NCBI GenBank assembly: GCA_043228905.1
Contig: JBHGNT010000001.1
Location: forward strand, 36,704,001-36,768,000
Direction: 5' to 3'
DNA length: 64,000 bases
Source of the DNA: Azolla caroliniana
Taxonomy: Eukaryota; Plantae; Polypodiophyta
Shown here: one piece after another, positions 36,334-50,050 of the stretch
Layout of the letters: each line of letters begins with the position of its first letter
How positions within the stretch are numbered: the first letter of the stretch is position 1
The notes under the pieces: model-generated
Database searches by the model: none
Told to the model about the DNA's origin: nothing
What the model saw: the letters and a program-made list of their open reading frames with translations, nothing else
Translations under genes and position numbers: made by a program

Positions 36334-37798
36334 ATTCCTCACAATATTTTGCCATCTTTGTTCGATGTAACATTGGTGGTAGAAGAGGTTCAACACCCAG
36401 AATACTTTTCACAACACTTGCCATCTATCAGTTGCCTATTGATGGAAGGAAGCTTCACAAATAATTCATTGGAAAGAACTTGGGTTGGCCTACATTGGGT
36501 GGTACATCATTATAATTCTAGTCAGTCATTAAATGATGAGCAGCAATAGAAGATGTGAGGCTCAACAGTTGAACATTGTGACATTTACCGTCACATTGCT
36601 ACGGTTTCTCTTGTTGGAAGGAAAATTTGTGAATAATGGTTCACTGAATAGATCTCGGGTCATATATGTTAGTTGTATTTCTTGATCCTTGATACTATAT
36701 GCCCTTCATAGCTGAATCAAGGGACAAAAGAACACTAATTTTTCTGTTATGAGCTTATACTACAGATGTTTTTATGAAATTTGATTGTATGTCTATCATG
36801 ATTCTCACATGCGCATTCACCCATGTATCTTTGATTTTCAATGTGTAAACTGTTTGAAAGTTGTATTTCCACATTTGAATTGTGTACCTTGACACAATAT
36901 GCTCCCTTTGTTGAATCAACATCTTTTTCGAGCATTAGTATTGTCTTTCAAAACATGTTGTATATGTGTTATAATATATTTTTATTATTGCCCCTTGATA
37001 TATTGTTTTTGAAATTCGACTTTTCAAAGTTATTCCAAAAGACTCAAAATTAGCACTATGACTTTTAGGTAGAAGGAGAGAAACAAAGAAAGATATACTA
37101 ATGTTTAGGAGGGGCCAAATTTGGGCCCTCAAAACAAATCATGATAAGCATCGTGCTAAATCAAAAACAAAATCTCTAGGTTTCCTAATGATCCATGATA
37201 ATGATGTTGATGTGTGAGGTGGTTTTATAGTTGGTAATGATTCTTGAGATAGTTTTACAAGCATGAAATGCACAACAATGCTATGTATGGAATTAGCATA
37301 GACGAGGGGACATGGCAATTGCTACTAGTTGGTGTGAAAGAGATGGGCAAGGCTGTTGAATTATGGTTATCAGAGTGGCTTGTCACGAGAGTATCGCCCA
37401 TTTACAAGACATAAGTGAACATTATGCATGTTTGAAGAGAGGCTGACTTATCCTTATTGGTAAAGTTGTTTTGAGAGATATGAAGGCCAAGCATTTCGAG
37501 AGCTAAAAAGGTGGGGACAGGCTCTTGCTTGGGTAAGCAATCTAAATCAGAGTGTTGCAGGGTTAGTTAGAGCCATAAAAGAAATGGCACAGAAGCAAAT
37601 CCAAGCTGTTCATGGATGTGGTGTTGTTCATGCCGAGATTCGAACACTTGACCTCATTCATGCTTACCTCAACATGAAAGAGAGAGGAGACAGTGAAAAA
37701 GGGAGGCGGGAGTTTCTCTATACAAAAAACAGTGGCTTCTTTTTTCTGCTCGGCTTCTGTTGTTCTTGAATCGAATACAGTTTCCCACGTTTATCTCC

Positions 37799-40700
37799 AT
37801 GGAAGCTTCTCCTCCTTCTCCTGCACCTGACGAAGATCGTTGCATCCATGGCCATCGCTCGTCCCTTCATCTCTCCACGAACTCTGGAAGATTCGTCTGC
37901 ATCATGTGTTTCGTCAAACTTCTCTCTCACCCTTCCTCTTTCCTCACTCACAAGCTCTACGTTGTCTCAGAACTCAGAGAATCTCTTCGAGATCCCGTTT
38001 TCTGCACAGATTTCCTCCATCGCCACCGACACTTCGTTGTTGCTCCGATATGTGAAGCTCTTCTTTCTTCTTCTTCTTCTTCTTTTCAAGGGGGTAACAG
38101 TACTGCACCTTTAGCTGAGGTTCTTATGGAGCTTATCCTTGATCTATGTGGTATTAATCATGTCATATCCATGCCGATTGATCCTCTTCCTCTTGTGGAA
38201 GATTTCGTCCATCACATTGTGCTGCATCTCGGTTCTTTTTCGGGATTATCATGCAGCGTAGGGCAAAGCTACACGGTTTGAAATAATCCCTCTCTCTCTC
38301 TCTCTCTTCCTCTGATCAGTTTAACCAGTTCACTATGTTTTCCACAATTTACAGACACATATCTAGTAAATCTTATGAAATATCAAAACCAATTAAAATA
38401 TTTGTATAACTTCCACAATTTACAGACACATATCTAGTAAATTTTATGAAATATCAAAACCAATTAAATTTTTTGTATAACTATTTCATCATGTCCTCAT
38501 GCCATTTATATCTAAATATACATATCTTTTGTGAAACTTTAAAGAAGGAAAACGATTTATATTTTTGTTCACATGGTAGTATATGTACAGTGTGTGAAAA
38601 ATCGAACTAGGAAAACCTGTTGAAGTCTTCTTTCTGATTTTAGCTTTTCTTCATGCCGATTGTATATGAATGCATAAATTTGTGAACTAGGAAAACTAGT
38701 TCAAGTCTTTAAAAAGATGTCTTCATTTCGTTTAAACTCAAGGATATATATATTTCGTTCTATTGAACTAGTTTACGATCTTTTCTTGCCAATAAGAAAA
38801 CCAATTAAAGTTTTGCTTAACTAGTCTAACAAGTCTTCATGCTATTTTCGTGTAAGTATAAATAGAATTTCATAAATTTGTGAAGTAGCAAAACTAGGTG
38901 AAGTTTGCTAAAAAACTCCACCATGTAGTTTGTGAAGTAGGAAAACGTAGTTGAAGTTCTATTTAACCAGTTTAAGATCTTTTCTTGCCAATAAGAAAAC
39001 CAATTAAATTTTTGTTTAACCAGTCTAACAAGTCTTCATGCTATTTTCATGTAAGTATAAATAGAATTTCATAAATTTGTGAAGTAGCAAAACCAGGTGC
39101 AGTTGTTTAAAAATCTTCACCATGTTTACATACCATTTACCTCTGAGTGTTGACAGCCTTTGTGATTGAGAGGAGTAACAAAACTAGCTAAATATTTTAT
39201 CCAGCCAGTTTACCATGTTTCATGTTGTATAAGTTCAAGTACTACCCCTTCAGATTTTGGGTATGATGGTTGTTCATTAAGACTTGGATAGCCAGATTAT
39301 TTCGGGAAGAGAATTATATGATTAATTTGCAAGAACATTTGGATGTTTGGCATCAATCTAGTTCTCCATATTTTTTAAATTGTGTCCAACTCAACAATGG
39401 CAGCTGCATGTGTTGGGCCTTTTGCTGGATAATTATTGCAAAATAAACAATGTTCTTCCAGATGCTGTAAGAAACCACCGTGGACTTCTGCCAAACCTTG
39501 TAACAGGCCTCAAGCTTCCAGGGTATCCAATGTGGCGTAATTAAATGCTATAATTCTGACTACTGAGTGCCTTCATATTCAGATTTTAGACATTTCTGGG
39601 GTTGTTTTTACAGCGATCAATTACGAGGAGAAATCTTGTTTCTTCTTTATAAGATATGCTACTTTGAAGATGGTATCATGGTGATCTTACCTTTCATTTC
39701 AGATTTGATAGACTCTACTGTTATGGTCCTTACCAAATCAGAAAACAATGGACTACGAACAAATTGTATCGGTGTGCATACATTTGCATGTTAATCTCAG
39801 GAATATTGACTATACAATATGCGTAAGAAAAGAGAATAATAAAGGATTTCTGTTAAAATTTGCTTTCCAGCATTGCTCACTACACTGGCTCAAAGATCAG
39901 TTATAAACATAGGTTTCCAACAGTGCTCTCTTGACTCTGAAGCTTTTCCTTTACCTGAAAGTGATTTTCCAAGAAATTTTGGAGAGGCCATAAAGGGATC
40001 ACTGATTTCATCCGATTTTCAAGTTCAAGAGGCTGCTTTACAGTTGATATGCTATATGTGCCCGCCAGAACCAACGATTCATTGTCATCTTGAAGTCCTT
40101 ATTAATAATGGAATATTGGATTATGTTTATGAAGTTTTGAGAGTTTGCGGTGAGCTGAATCATGTCTCCTAACTATATTAGGATTCATGTGTTATTTCTT
40201 GATTGTCATCCTTTCTTGTCATTATACTGTTATGATTCAAAACCAAGTTTGGTCTTTGTATTTCCAGAAAACATAGAAAATATTGTAATATGGTCTGCTC
40301 ATGTGCTGAGAATATTGTCAGCAGCGAGAGAAGCATTTGTGAAAAGGTTTGCAATTGGAATAGAAACTGTGAATCGGGTTCTGGATCTCTCTGTCCAAAT
40401 GTCTCTATGTTCAGTGCAGCCTGACACTCTTCAGGTCATTGTGGTTGGGCTTACTGGTTGCCCAGGGTCAATTTCTTCTATGCAGACAGAACGCCTATTC
40501 CAGATATTAATCTCTCTACTTAAAAAGTATGCTGGTGATAGTTATGGCCTCCAACATGATGTGTTTAATTTGACATGCTCAGCCGTTGGAGCTCTTCTGA
40601 AGTTGCCATGCATCTTGGGGATTCAAAATATAAATCATTTCATAGAGACCACAGTGTCAAACGCATTCCTTATTGTATCTGCAGCTGGTTCTTTGAGTTT

Positions 40701-43565
40701 GGAACAACAAAGTTTGAAGCATGCGATTATTCTATTAAGAGAATCATTCTCATTTAGTTTAAAGGGTCACAGCCTAGCTGATTCTTCTTTGCCAGGTGCG
40801 CTGTTTAAAATTTGTGAGATGAGTTTGCTTCCGATAACTTTAAAGTATATTCAGCTTTTGGAAGAGGAAGATACAGTTCTAGAAGCCATATCAACTTTCC
40901 ATCTTATGATAGAGACTCCAGACCTTCTTGGAGTTACTAGGCTTGCTGATAGTCTTGCAAGAGCTTCTTGGTTTAACCTATCATTTGAATTGATGGCTCG
41001 ATTTCCAACATTGAACATGAGATCTATTTCAATGAATCTCTTTGCCAGTATTATAAAGAGGTTGGATGGTGATGCTTTGGATAAAGATGTCAAAGCGCAG
41101 TTTTCCCAATTGCCCAGTGATCCTCAAGATTTACTTGTTTTATTGACACTGAAAAGTGATAACGATCCTCACCTTAAGCTCACTCAGATTGCCATAATAT
41201 CTATTCTTTACATCAATCAAATCTATGGTAAAAGGTGGGCCATGTTACTTGTAATAATTTTGAAGTGGTTTATGCTTGATTTTTGGAAGAATACGATATT
41301 GCTCATTCAAGGCACTTAAGGAAATGCCTATGTGATGATTACTATCAGATGGACTACTGGCCATACTAGATTATGATAGCAAGAAAATGGCTTCTGTGTC
41401 CTGCAGGTTTTCAGAAGAGGCTCAGATTTTAGCTTGTTTGGAGCATTATCTTCTTATAAACACTTCCACATTGCTCCATGATTCTCTATCTCCCTGTATC
41501 GTCAGACAATTGCTATCCGTTTATGTTCTCACACTAGATTCATGCAGCAGTCAATATAGTCTTGAAGCAGAAAATTCTCTTATAGAACTCATTCAACGAT
41601 GTCAATCAGGGATTCTAACATCAAGAATACATCAGAATGTTTTTCAATGGATATTACAGAAAAAGAGTCTGGAGAAATATATGGTTGGTGGAATCTTGAA
41701 TTGGTTCAAATCCTCTGTACGTGAGAACAATTGTGAGTGTTCCACAAATCATATTGAAAACGAAGTCAGTAGTGTGTATGGAGATCTATCCTTATTATTA
41801 ATGTTATTGGAGGAAGATGATCTATGTGCACTCCTTTTCAACCGAGTGTTGGATGAAGTGCTTGCAAGCCAAGATGAAGGTGATATCAGGATAGTTGCTG
41901 AATGTTATATAAGATTTGTGAAGGAATCTGCTTTGGCAGCAAATAAGCTCTGTTTAGGTGGGATTATATCAAACATACGGAACTGGTTGGCTATTTATTG
42001 CTCCAATCTACAAGAAGTTTTGATCTACTTAATTGAGCTTCTATACCAGCTCCTATGTGCAGTGAGTTGTGATGAGGCATTAGATGAAGAATGTTGGTAT
42101 CTTCTCACCAATCAGGTTTTATTGTCATCATGAAGTATAGTTTTTTACACTGCTATTCAAACAATTTCTGACAATGTTGCAATTGCAGTTTGCATATGTT
42201 TTGGTTGAGAAACTAAATCACAACAATTCTGGTACTTCGCACTCGGAAGTAATAGTGCTTCTCAGCCTTTTGACTATGATATTGCACAAGTCTGTTGAGA
42301 ATGTTGGCTTTCTTTCACAAGCTACTGAGGCAATTTTATCCAATGAGCAACTACAGAATGCTGTGACCAGCCGTTTGGAAAAGGCTAAAGATGAAAGTTC
42401 CTTCATCTCCAAGTTGGAATTAGAAACTAGAGATGGTGGGATTTGGGGTTGCATGTTGACATTCCACCTTCTCTGTTTGAGATGGTGAGTATTAAACATT
42501 GGGGGTTCTACCAATTTTCATGTCCACAGATGAATGATTTAGAATTTTGGTCATCTTTGTGCATGCAGTGCAGTCATTATGCATACACCAAATTTAGAAG
42601 AATGGAGTTCAACACAGAGGAGTTCAATGCTTCCCGGAAACTACAAGGATATTGAATATCTATGTCAATTACTTTACTTCGGTTCGCCTTTCTTGAAGGT
42701 CCTAGCATCAAGCTGTCTGGCAGAGGCATGTTATTGGCTTAGTAATATGCCCACAAATAATGAAAGCAAGGAAACTAATGCTGAACAAAGCACCTTAGAA
42801 AGTCTAAAGTCCATTATGATGGTACTTCAAGGGGCCATATTCGATACTTATACCACTGTGCAGAAAAATTGTTCTTTTTCTCTATATCTTTTGATAACAA
42901 ATACAAATTCCAATGCTCAAGAGAAAGCAGAAATTCAAGGCAGCATGTGGCTTCGCTTCCTGATAGAAGAATTTGCTGCAGCATTGTCAACACCAGGTGA
43001 ATCGGTCCCATGTACAACTTATGTTGTCACAGGGCTGCTTAAAGCACATACCACATGGATTTTTTCAATTCTCAGTCCTACTTGTATTTCAGCCATCATC
43101 TCCTCCCTTACGCCCAGAAGAATAACCCCAGCAATAATGGCATTTCTGAAAGAGCTGCATAATAAGGGATGCATTGAAGAGAAACACATTGAAAAACTTC
43201 ATGTGCATTTGAAGGTACTAACATTTAATGAAGTTCGTGAATAGTTTGTTCTTGAAATCTGTACATTCATTTTGCTTGGGCATTTGATTGTCGTGCATGA
43301 TTAGGTAACACAGAAAATTGTTTATGAAGAGAACCACAGGCTTGAAGAACATGGTCTTCAGGTTGATCAACGACACCTCACATGTTCCTTGGGCTGCAGG
43401 CGAGATTCTGACTCGGAGTGTTTACAGAGTTATAACCACATTCTCAACCTTAGTACTGGCTACTTACTGGATCCATTAACTGGTACAAGACATTCTCTAG
43501 CTGATGATCATAGTTCCACTCGACTGCTAATGCTCATCGATGAATTCCTCCAAGAAACACTCTGA
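37799..43565 (+). CDS. PRD1: PUTATIVE RECOMBINATION INITIATION DEFECT 1 (MEI1 homologue), meiotic DSB factor
   Basis: N-terminal CxxGHRSSL...CIMCFxxLLS motif, LHVLGLLL and GEILFLLYK. GT-AG exons at about 37799-38275, 39404-39522, 39614-39771, 39871-40149, 40268-41235, 41407-42115, 42189-42484, 42569-43214 and 43305-43565. Confidence 0.88.
38340..39125. repeat. Tandem duplications in PRD1 intron 1 (about 71 bp x2 and about 195 bp x2)
   Basis: ttccacaatttacagacacat at about 38340 and 38412; gatcttttcttgccaataagaaaaccaattaaa at about 38777 and 38976. Confidence 0.85.
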
Positions 43566-44218
43566 ATTGAATTATAGTATGTTTATGATTCAAAAAAATT
43601 TCCTCTCATGAATGTAACACATGGAATGATGTAAAAAAATGTGCTCTATGCAATGCTCCCTAGCTAATGGTCATTGATGAATTCCTCCAAGAAACACTCT
43701 GAATTAAAACATAGTATGTTTATGATTCAAAAAAATTTCCTCTCATGAATGTAACACATGGAATGATGTAAAAAAATGTGCTCTATGCAATGCTCCCTAG
43801 CTAATGGTCATTGATGAATTCCTCCAAGAAACACTCTGAATTGATTCATTGTATGTTTATGATTCAAAATTTTTTCCTCTCATGAATCTAACACATGGAA
43901 TGATGTAAAAAAATGTGCTCTATGCAATGCTCCCTAGCTAATGGTCATTGATGAATTCCTCCAAGAAACACTCTGAATTGATTCCTTGTATGTTTATGAT
44001 TCAAAATTTTTTCCTCTCATGAATGTAACACATGGAATGATGTAAAAAAATGCGCTCTATGCAATGCTCCCTAGCTAATGGTCATTGATGAATTCCTCCA
44101 AGAAACACTCTGAATTGATTCATTGTATGTTTATGATTCAAATTTTTTTCCTCTCATGAATGTAACACATGGAATGATGTAAAAAAATGTGCTCTATGCA
44201 ATGCTCCCTAGCTAATGG
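43526..44218. repeat. 137-bp tandem repeat x5 containing the PRD1 stop codon
   Basis: Units start at 43526, 43663, 43800, 43937 and 44074; each carries gatgaattcctccaagaaacactctga. Confidence 0.95.
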
Positions 44219-44954
44219 TAGTAGCCTGTAGGTATCATAACACATGCGTTAATGGCAAGTAGAGATTTGTTGTTTCATGCAAATCGTTAAAAGTAGAGAT
44301 TGTGTTGTGTCCAATGCCAAGTATGCGTGCATCAAGGGTGAATGATTATACAAATTCATTCATTGAGAACAGGTGGGCTTTAGTCCAATGTAAATAATCA
44401 TGTAATTTTTTTCCATTGTCTTTACTTACTCAAAATTCGCAAATTCACAAAAGAAGATTTAAAAGGCTCAATCCAAGAAACTTTTCCTCATACATATTAC
44501 TATGCCTCATTTATATTTTTCAATTTCTAACGAAAAGCCTTTAATGTATATCCACGCAAGAATTCTACTAACATTACAGTCTAACGGTCTACACCCTCAG
44601 CAGCACCACAGAAGAAAATAGAACTGCTATTCTAATGCAACTACAAAAACTTAATACCTACATGTAAAGGTTTTCGAAACTACGAGTAATACTTCTTTGG
44701 CTATGAATGAACTGATGGATGATACTTCTGTGGCTAGGATACCAATAATAGAAAGACATTATTTCGCTAGCTATTTAAGTAAGCTCTGGACAATACATCA
44801 TTAGATATGGACAACGCTTAGAGAGATGCTTCATTTACTACGAATAATGGATGCTGAGTTAGGTGGGCCAGGTATTGGCTTTGATAGCAAAAATGAATTC
44901 GATAATCCCTCTTTAACAATGCAAAGTATTTTATCAGCTGTATTCGATGCTTTT

Positions 44955-47138
44955 CTACTCCACGGTTATCATAGTCACCTCCTTTGGCACTGTGACCACC
45001 AAAATACCATCTTTCATCTCAGATTTGATCTGCTCTTTCTTCACATTATCAGGCAGAGCTAGTTCTGCGATATAGCTTCCTTCATTATCTGCAAGAACGC
45101 TATCTTCATCAAGATCAGAGCCAACTTGAGGAGGATACTTGCCTTTCACCACAAGTTTTGTATTGTCGAGATAGACTTTCACATGATCTTTAGTTATCCC
45201 TGGCATATCCATCCTGAACTTTAGAGATGTCTCATCCTGAAGAGCTACCCATGGCCTTCTTTCAACAGTTGAGAACACTCTACAATCCACCGATTGAATA
45301 TTCTCGTCTTCTTCAGGGCCGACTAATAGAAAATACCCAAATTCCATATATTAGCAATCCTCCAAGACTATACTACTAATGTTTGGAAAGAGGTTAACAG
45401 AATTTTCAGATATAACCACTAGACACTGATGGTTAGGAAACATGGCCGTAAATCAAAGTCGTACTAATGTTTGGAAAGAGGTTAACAGAATTTTCAGATA
45501 TAACCACTAGACACTGATGGATAAGAAACATGGCTGTAAATCAAAGTCGAATTGATTTACAATCACAGTAGATTCACGGTAGATTCAAATATGGCCATAG
45601 ATGGAATTTAAATTCATGCAAGAATTTTCTAATTTAGGACCATAGATTGACACATGCGTGATATTCGTGATATTCTCCATGCGCAATATTCTCAATATTC
45701 GAGAATATGAAATGGCCCCAAGAATATTAAAAACCCATTCGTTTTGCAAAAAATATATATAATATTTATTTATTTATTTAAATAAATTTATTTCACCAAA
45801 AAAAGAACAATTATTCATTAATAGATTATATGTAGTGTCAAGAGAGTTTATGAAACTTATTTTAATTAATCAATTTATTTTTTAAAAACGAATACTTATA
45901 AGTTATACATTTATTATAAAAATTTAGTTATACTTACAAATATGATTAGTATGAACTCTAAATATATGATTAGTATGAACTCTAAATATATGATTAGTTT
46001 GAAGTACTATTTTTAATGTCAAAATAAAAATATCCATAAATTTTGAGGGAATAAAAAGTGAGAAATTAATGACCCTTTATTTTATTTTATTTATTTATTA
46101 AAAATAAAACGAATACATACTTATAACTTATAAGTTATACATTTATTATAAAAATTTAGTTATACTTACAAATATGATTAGTATGAACTCTAAATATATT
46201 ATTAGTTTGAAGTACTATTTTTAATGTCAAAATAAAAATATCCATAAATTTTGAGGGAATAAAAAGTGAGAAATTAATGACCCTTTATTTTATTTTATTT
46301 ATTTATTAAAAATAAAACGAATACATACTTATAACTTATAAGTTATACATTTATTATAAAAATTTAGTAGTGTCAATTCCCCAAGTCCCTCTTTTATTAT
46401 CCCTATTTATTGTCAAGTTCCTTTTTTTATCCTAGGAAATTAAAAATGACATAGTTTTTTTTTTTTTGGAGTTAAACGAATACTTGACCACCCATTCGTA
46501 TTCGTATTCGTTTGCATTCGAATGGGAAACCCGAAGAATGCGAATATGTCAATCTATGTTTAGGACTCACACTGTCCCTTGTCCCTTGATATGTCCTTTG
46601 ACTAGATTTGGATGAAGGTCTACTTAACATATTTAGGATTCAATTCAATATCATATTTACATCACCAATTCAGCAGCATTTCCCCAATTATCTGCAAATA
46701 TTTTGAACTTACATTCTAACATAAAATAAAAATACTGACATACTGGCTTCGTATAACTATTCATTTTGGAACACTCAAAAGACCAAAATGCACAATTATA
46801 TGATAAAGATTGTCATACAAGTTTTCGGAGACAAACACTTCACTTCAAGTAGAAACCATGCCACATAATTCACACAAATCAAAGCACTAAGATTTATTGG
46901 TAGAGATTGAAAATTATAGTCACTTACCTGCAACGACAGATGTCGCTTTCTCTCCCATATCAACAGTATCAACATCATCGTTATCATCATCATCATCATC
47001 ATCATCATCCTCGGCCAGAACATCAGTACTTTTATTTTTGTTAGTGACAGCACGAGTGACACTTGCAGACCTTGCCAAACACTTCAAGCCCTCTCTTGTC
47101 AGAGGGAGGAATGCTAGTTTTCTGGTCAGAAGAGCCAT
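44955..47138 (-). CDS. Organelle-targeted small heat-shock protein (HSP20/alpha-crystallin domain)
   Basis: Exon 1 (47138-46928) has a basic presequence and a poly-Asp tract. Exon 2 (45322-44955) has RRPW, FRMDMPGITKDHVKV, LVVKG and LPDNVKKEQIKSEMKDGILVVTVPK. Phase-1 GT-AG intron. Confidence 0.9.
45372..45550. repeat. Tandem duplication of about 89 bp
   Basis: tactaatgtttggaaagaggttaacag...aaatcaaagtcg occurs twice. Confidence 0.9.
45641..46558. mobile_element. Non-autonomous hAT DNA transposon (918 bp) in the sHSP intron
   Basis: TIRs catagattgaca and tgtcaatctatg; perfect 8-bp TSD tttaggac (45633-45640 and 46559-46566); subterminal attcg repeats; AT-rich interior with internal duplications. 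Confidence 0.92.
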
Positions 47139-48230
47139 AGTGGTTCACAATCTATGTAACTAACAGGTCCTAATCCAATTCTGACATTCAAAACAAAATG
47201 ACAATTTCAGAGATAACTAATATGCGTTTCCTAAACATTTAGCTCTCATATAATATTTGAGCATACACTCCGCAGCCTTTCAATCCAAACTATCAAACAT
47301 ACAACACTGAACTGACTTTATATGAAGAAAAACCACGAATCCATAATACATCCTTGACTCTGAATAAAACACTGAATTACTTGAGTCTTTCAAAAGAGAA
47401 CATCCAATTTAATCCGAGGAAAATAGATCCCCCTCAACTGGAGAATATAAAAAAAATCGTGGAAAAACAAGTGACACAACGTTATTATCAGAATTCTATT
47501 CCTTTAACCTTGCAGAGTAACATAAAATCAAGTAAGAAAACTCAACCGAGGAAAATGAAATAATCCATGAACCTCTTAACAACATTGGCATTACAGATAT
47601 CAATTCTTCAAAAAAGCAATTGAGTTTATGTCTAACTATCTTTATGAGGAGATATAACAGTACTATCGTATGTAACGCCGTTTCAAGAGCTTCAAAATCA
47701 AACAATGGAGTTTATGTCTAACTATCTTTATGAGGAGATATACAACCGTTCCAAGAAATTCAAAATCAAACAATGGAAGACAGTTTCATATGAAAAAAAG
47801 AAATAGGAATCAAACGTATAACAATTATCAAGGTTTCGAAGTCACATAACGCACATGGCGAACAATAAAGAAACAATAGATGACCATAACGAACAAACGA
47901 GGAACCTGAATTGAAAAACAACCACAAGGCGACTGCAGTAAGAGAACCTCACAAGTATGCTGGGAGCTCTTCGTGTGAAGAAGAGAAATAACGGATCATA
48001 ATACGAAATGCATGTAAGAAATACAAAATGCTAGACCAGAATAAGACATCGAACTACTGGAGCTTCCATGGATATGGGAGAAGAACAAGGAGGCAATTAC
48101 CCGTTGAGAAGAGAGATAGTAAAATCACGCGATAATTGTATGGAAGGATGCAGATGTAGTGACAAGAATTGAAACCCGGGGGAGACGAAAGCTAGTTAAA
48201 GCTTTTTTTGCCTATATCGTCGACATGCCT

Positions 48231-48245
48231 AGAAGCTTCTAGAAA
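48231..48245 (-). promoter_or_regulatory. Perfect heat-shock element upstream of the sHSP gene
   Basis: aGAAgcTTCtaGAAa matches nGAAnnTTCnnGAAn; TATA-like sequence about 15 bp downstream on the minus strand; probable 5' UTR intron at about 47171-47904. Confidence 0.75.
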
Positions 48246-50050
48246 CATCTGGTGCAAAAATAAAATATCCAATCTATGACAATTACATGAAAATAAAATA
48301 ATCAAAATCTATAAAAATAAAATATCCAATCCGAAAAACCAGCCCCAGCTTCTCGGGTCTAAGATGCAGGGTTTAGGGACTATCCTTGAGTTTCAAAATT
48401 TCGGGGAACTAATACAAAACATCCTTCTTGTGTGTGAAACTGTAAAACTGTGCCTTTCTATCATAACTCCCTATGGTAGGTGTGTTTCAGTAATGTTTCT
48501 TTCTTAAACCTCCGAAGTAGGGCTACACCTCTAAATATAACAATGAATTGGAAGTTAGCTCAATTCTGGTTAAATATGGCCACACGGCAGTCTTTCATCT
48601 TCAATAAAGCTTGGTTCGAGAAGCTTTTGTTCAGCATAATATTCAAGGATGAAAAAGGTTGATGTCCTTTTTTGTACAAAAAATAGCTATGTAATGTGCA
48701 CAACTTCCTCGTCATGTCTGGACTTGTCCAAGTTTCCTGTTTACATTTATGAAACAAGAAAGGAACCTTGAGAAAATATGCAGATGTTTATGGGAATTTA
48801 GTTGAATATATCTACATCATTGTACCAAATTTGGCTTCTCAACTAAAATTTCTAGCATTCATCCAAAAACCTTTTTAAATTGTCACAAGTCCACTTTCCC
48901 ACTACAATTCTTAGTTATCTTATGCTTGAACACAATCACTCATTGCATGCTGACTAACTAGACCCTCATGCCAAGTAAATGAGGGCACATGTCAACCCTA
49001 CCAATAAGGAAAGAACTATGGTCTCAAGGCTCAACTTTGACTAAGAACACAAAGAAAAACGACTCTTCCTCAAAGAGATACCTATCCAAAATAGATGTTA
49101 TGACTTTTAAGAAATAGAACGCAATAATATGTTTTTACGGTGTGATGGATATGGAGACCTATGAACATTAATGAGTGGTCAACATACCTCCCGATTGTAG
49201 AGGCTACATACATATATGAGTGTGTGCAATTTATCAGGCAAATCATACATTTACTAAGCATAACCACCAATATCATTTCTCATTAGCATGATGTTTCAGT
49301 GTATAAAGATTACAACGTGTTATCAAGTACTACAATACCAAAAACAACGAAGAATATTACAATGTCGTATCAGTCATACTATACCAAAAGATGATGAAGC
49401 TTTCAATGTGGCAAAATTAATACAATATCAAAAACTGAAGAAGATTCCAACGCCTAGATTGTTAAAAAGATATATGCATGTCTATTAGAGGCATAAATCA
49501 GCCTATGAGATAATCATAATTACAATTTACAAATATGGGTGAATTCATGTCGTCATCCATACAAAAATAAAAATAAAAGCTCTAGCTTTCTCTGAAGCTC
49601 CATAATCATTATCTGAATGCATGTGGTGGAAAGATTTTTGAGAGAGGTATGCTGATAGACCAATTAATCATCTCTGTAGTTCCACCAGAATAACCCTTCT
49701 TCCAAATTAACAACTGCATACACACTTCAATCAAGGATATGTACTCATAAGTATAACTAACAACCATATTCCGCCCACGCATCCATCCTCATATCTACAC
49801 AATTGGAGAAGTTTTCTATTCAATAATGAATTTGTTTATTCTTCTTCTTCAGTAAGCTCTTAAATATATTAGCTAGCATTCTTGACCGCAGCCTTCCACA
49901 CAAAAAAACGCTTGGAACAATACATATACAGAAGAACCTCATTGATTACTACGCCTAGTGGAAATACATGGTTTCATCTATACATTCTATTAACAACACA
50001 GCACCTCGTGTTATATGGCTTGAAGATGATTTTTACTTTCTTCTCCTTCG

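Noticed and set aside
37760-37798. TTG start for PRD1 given in the ORF track
   Set aside because: The first in-frame ATG is at 37799, the more plausible eukaryotic start.
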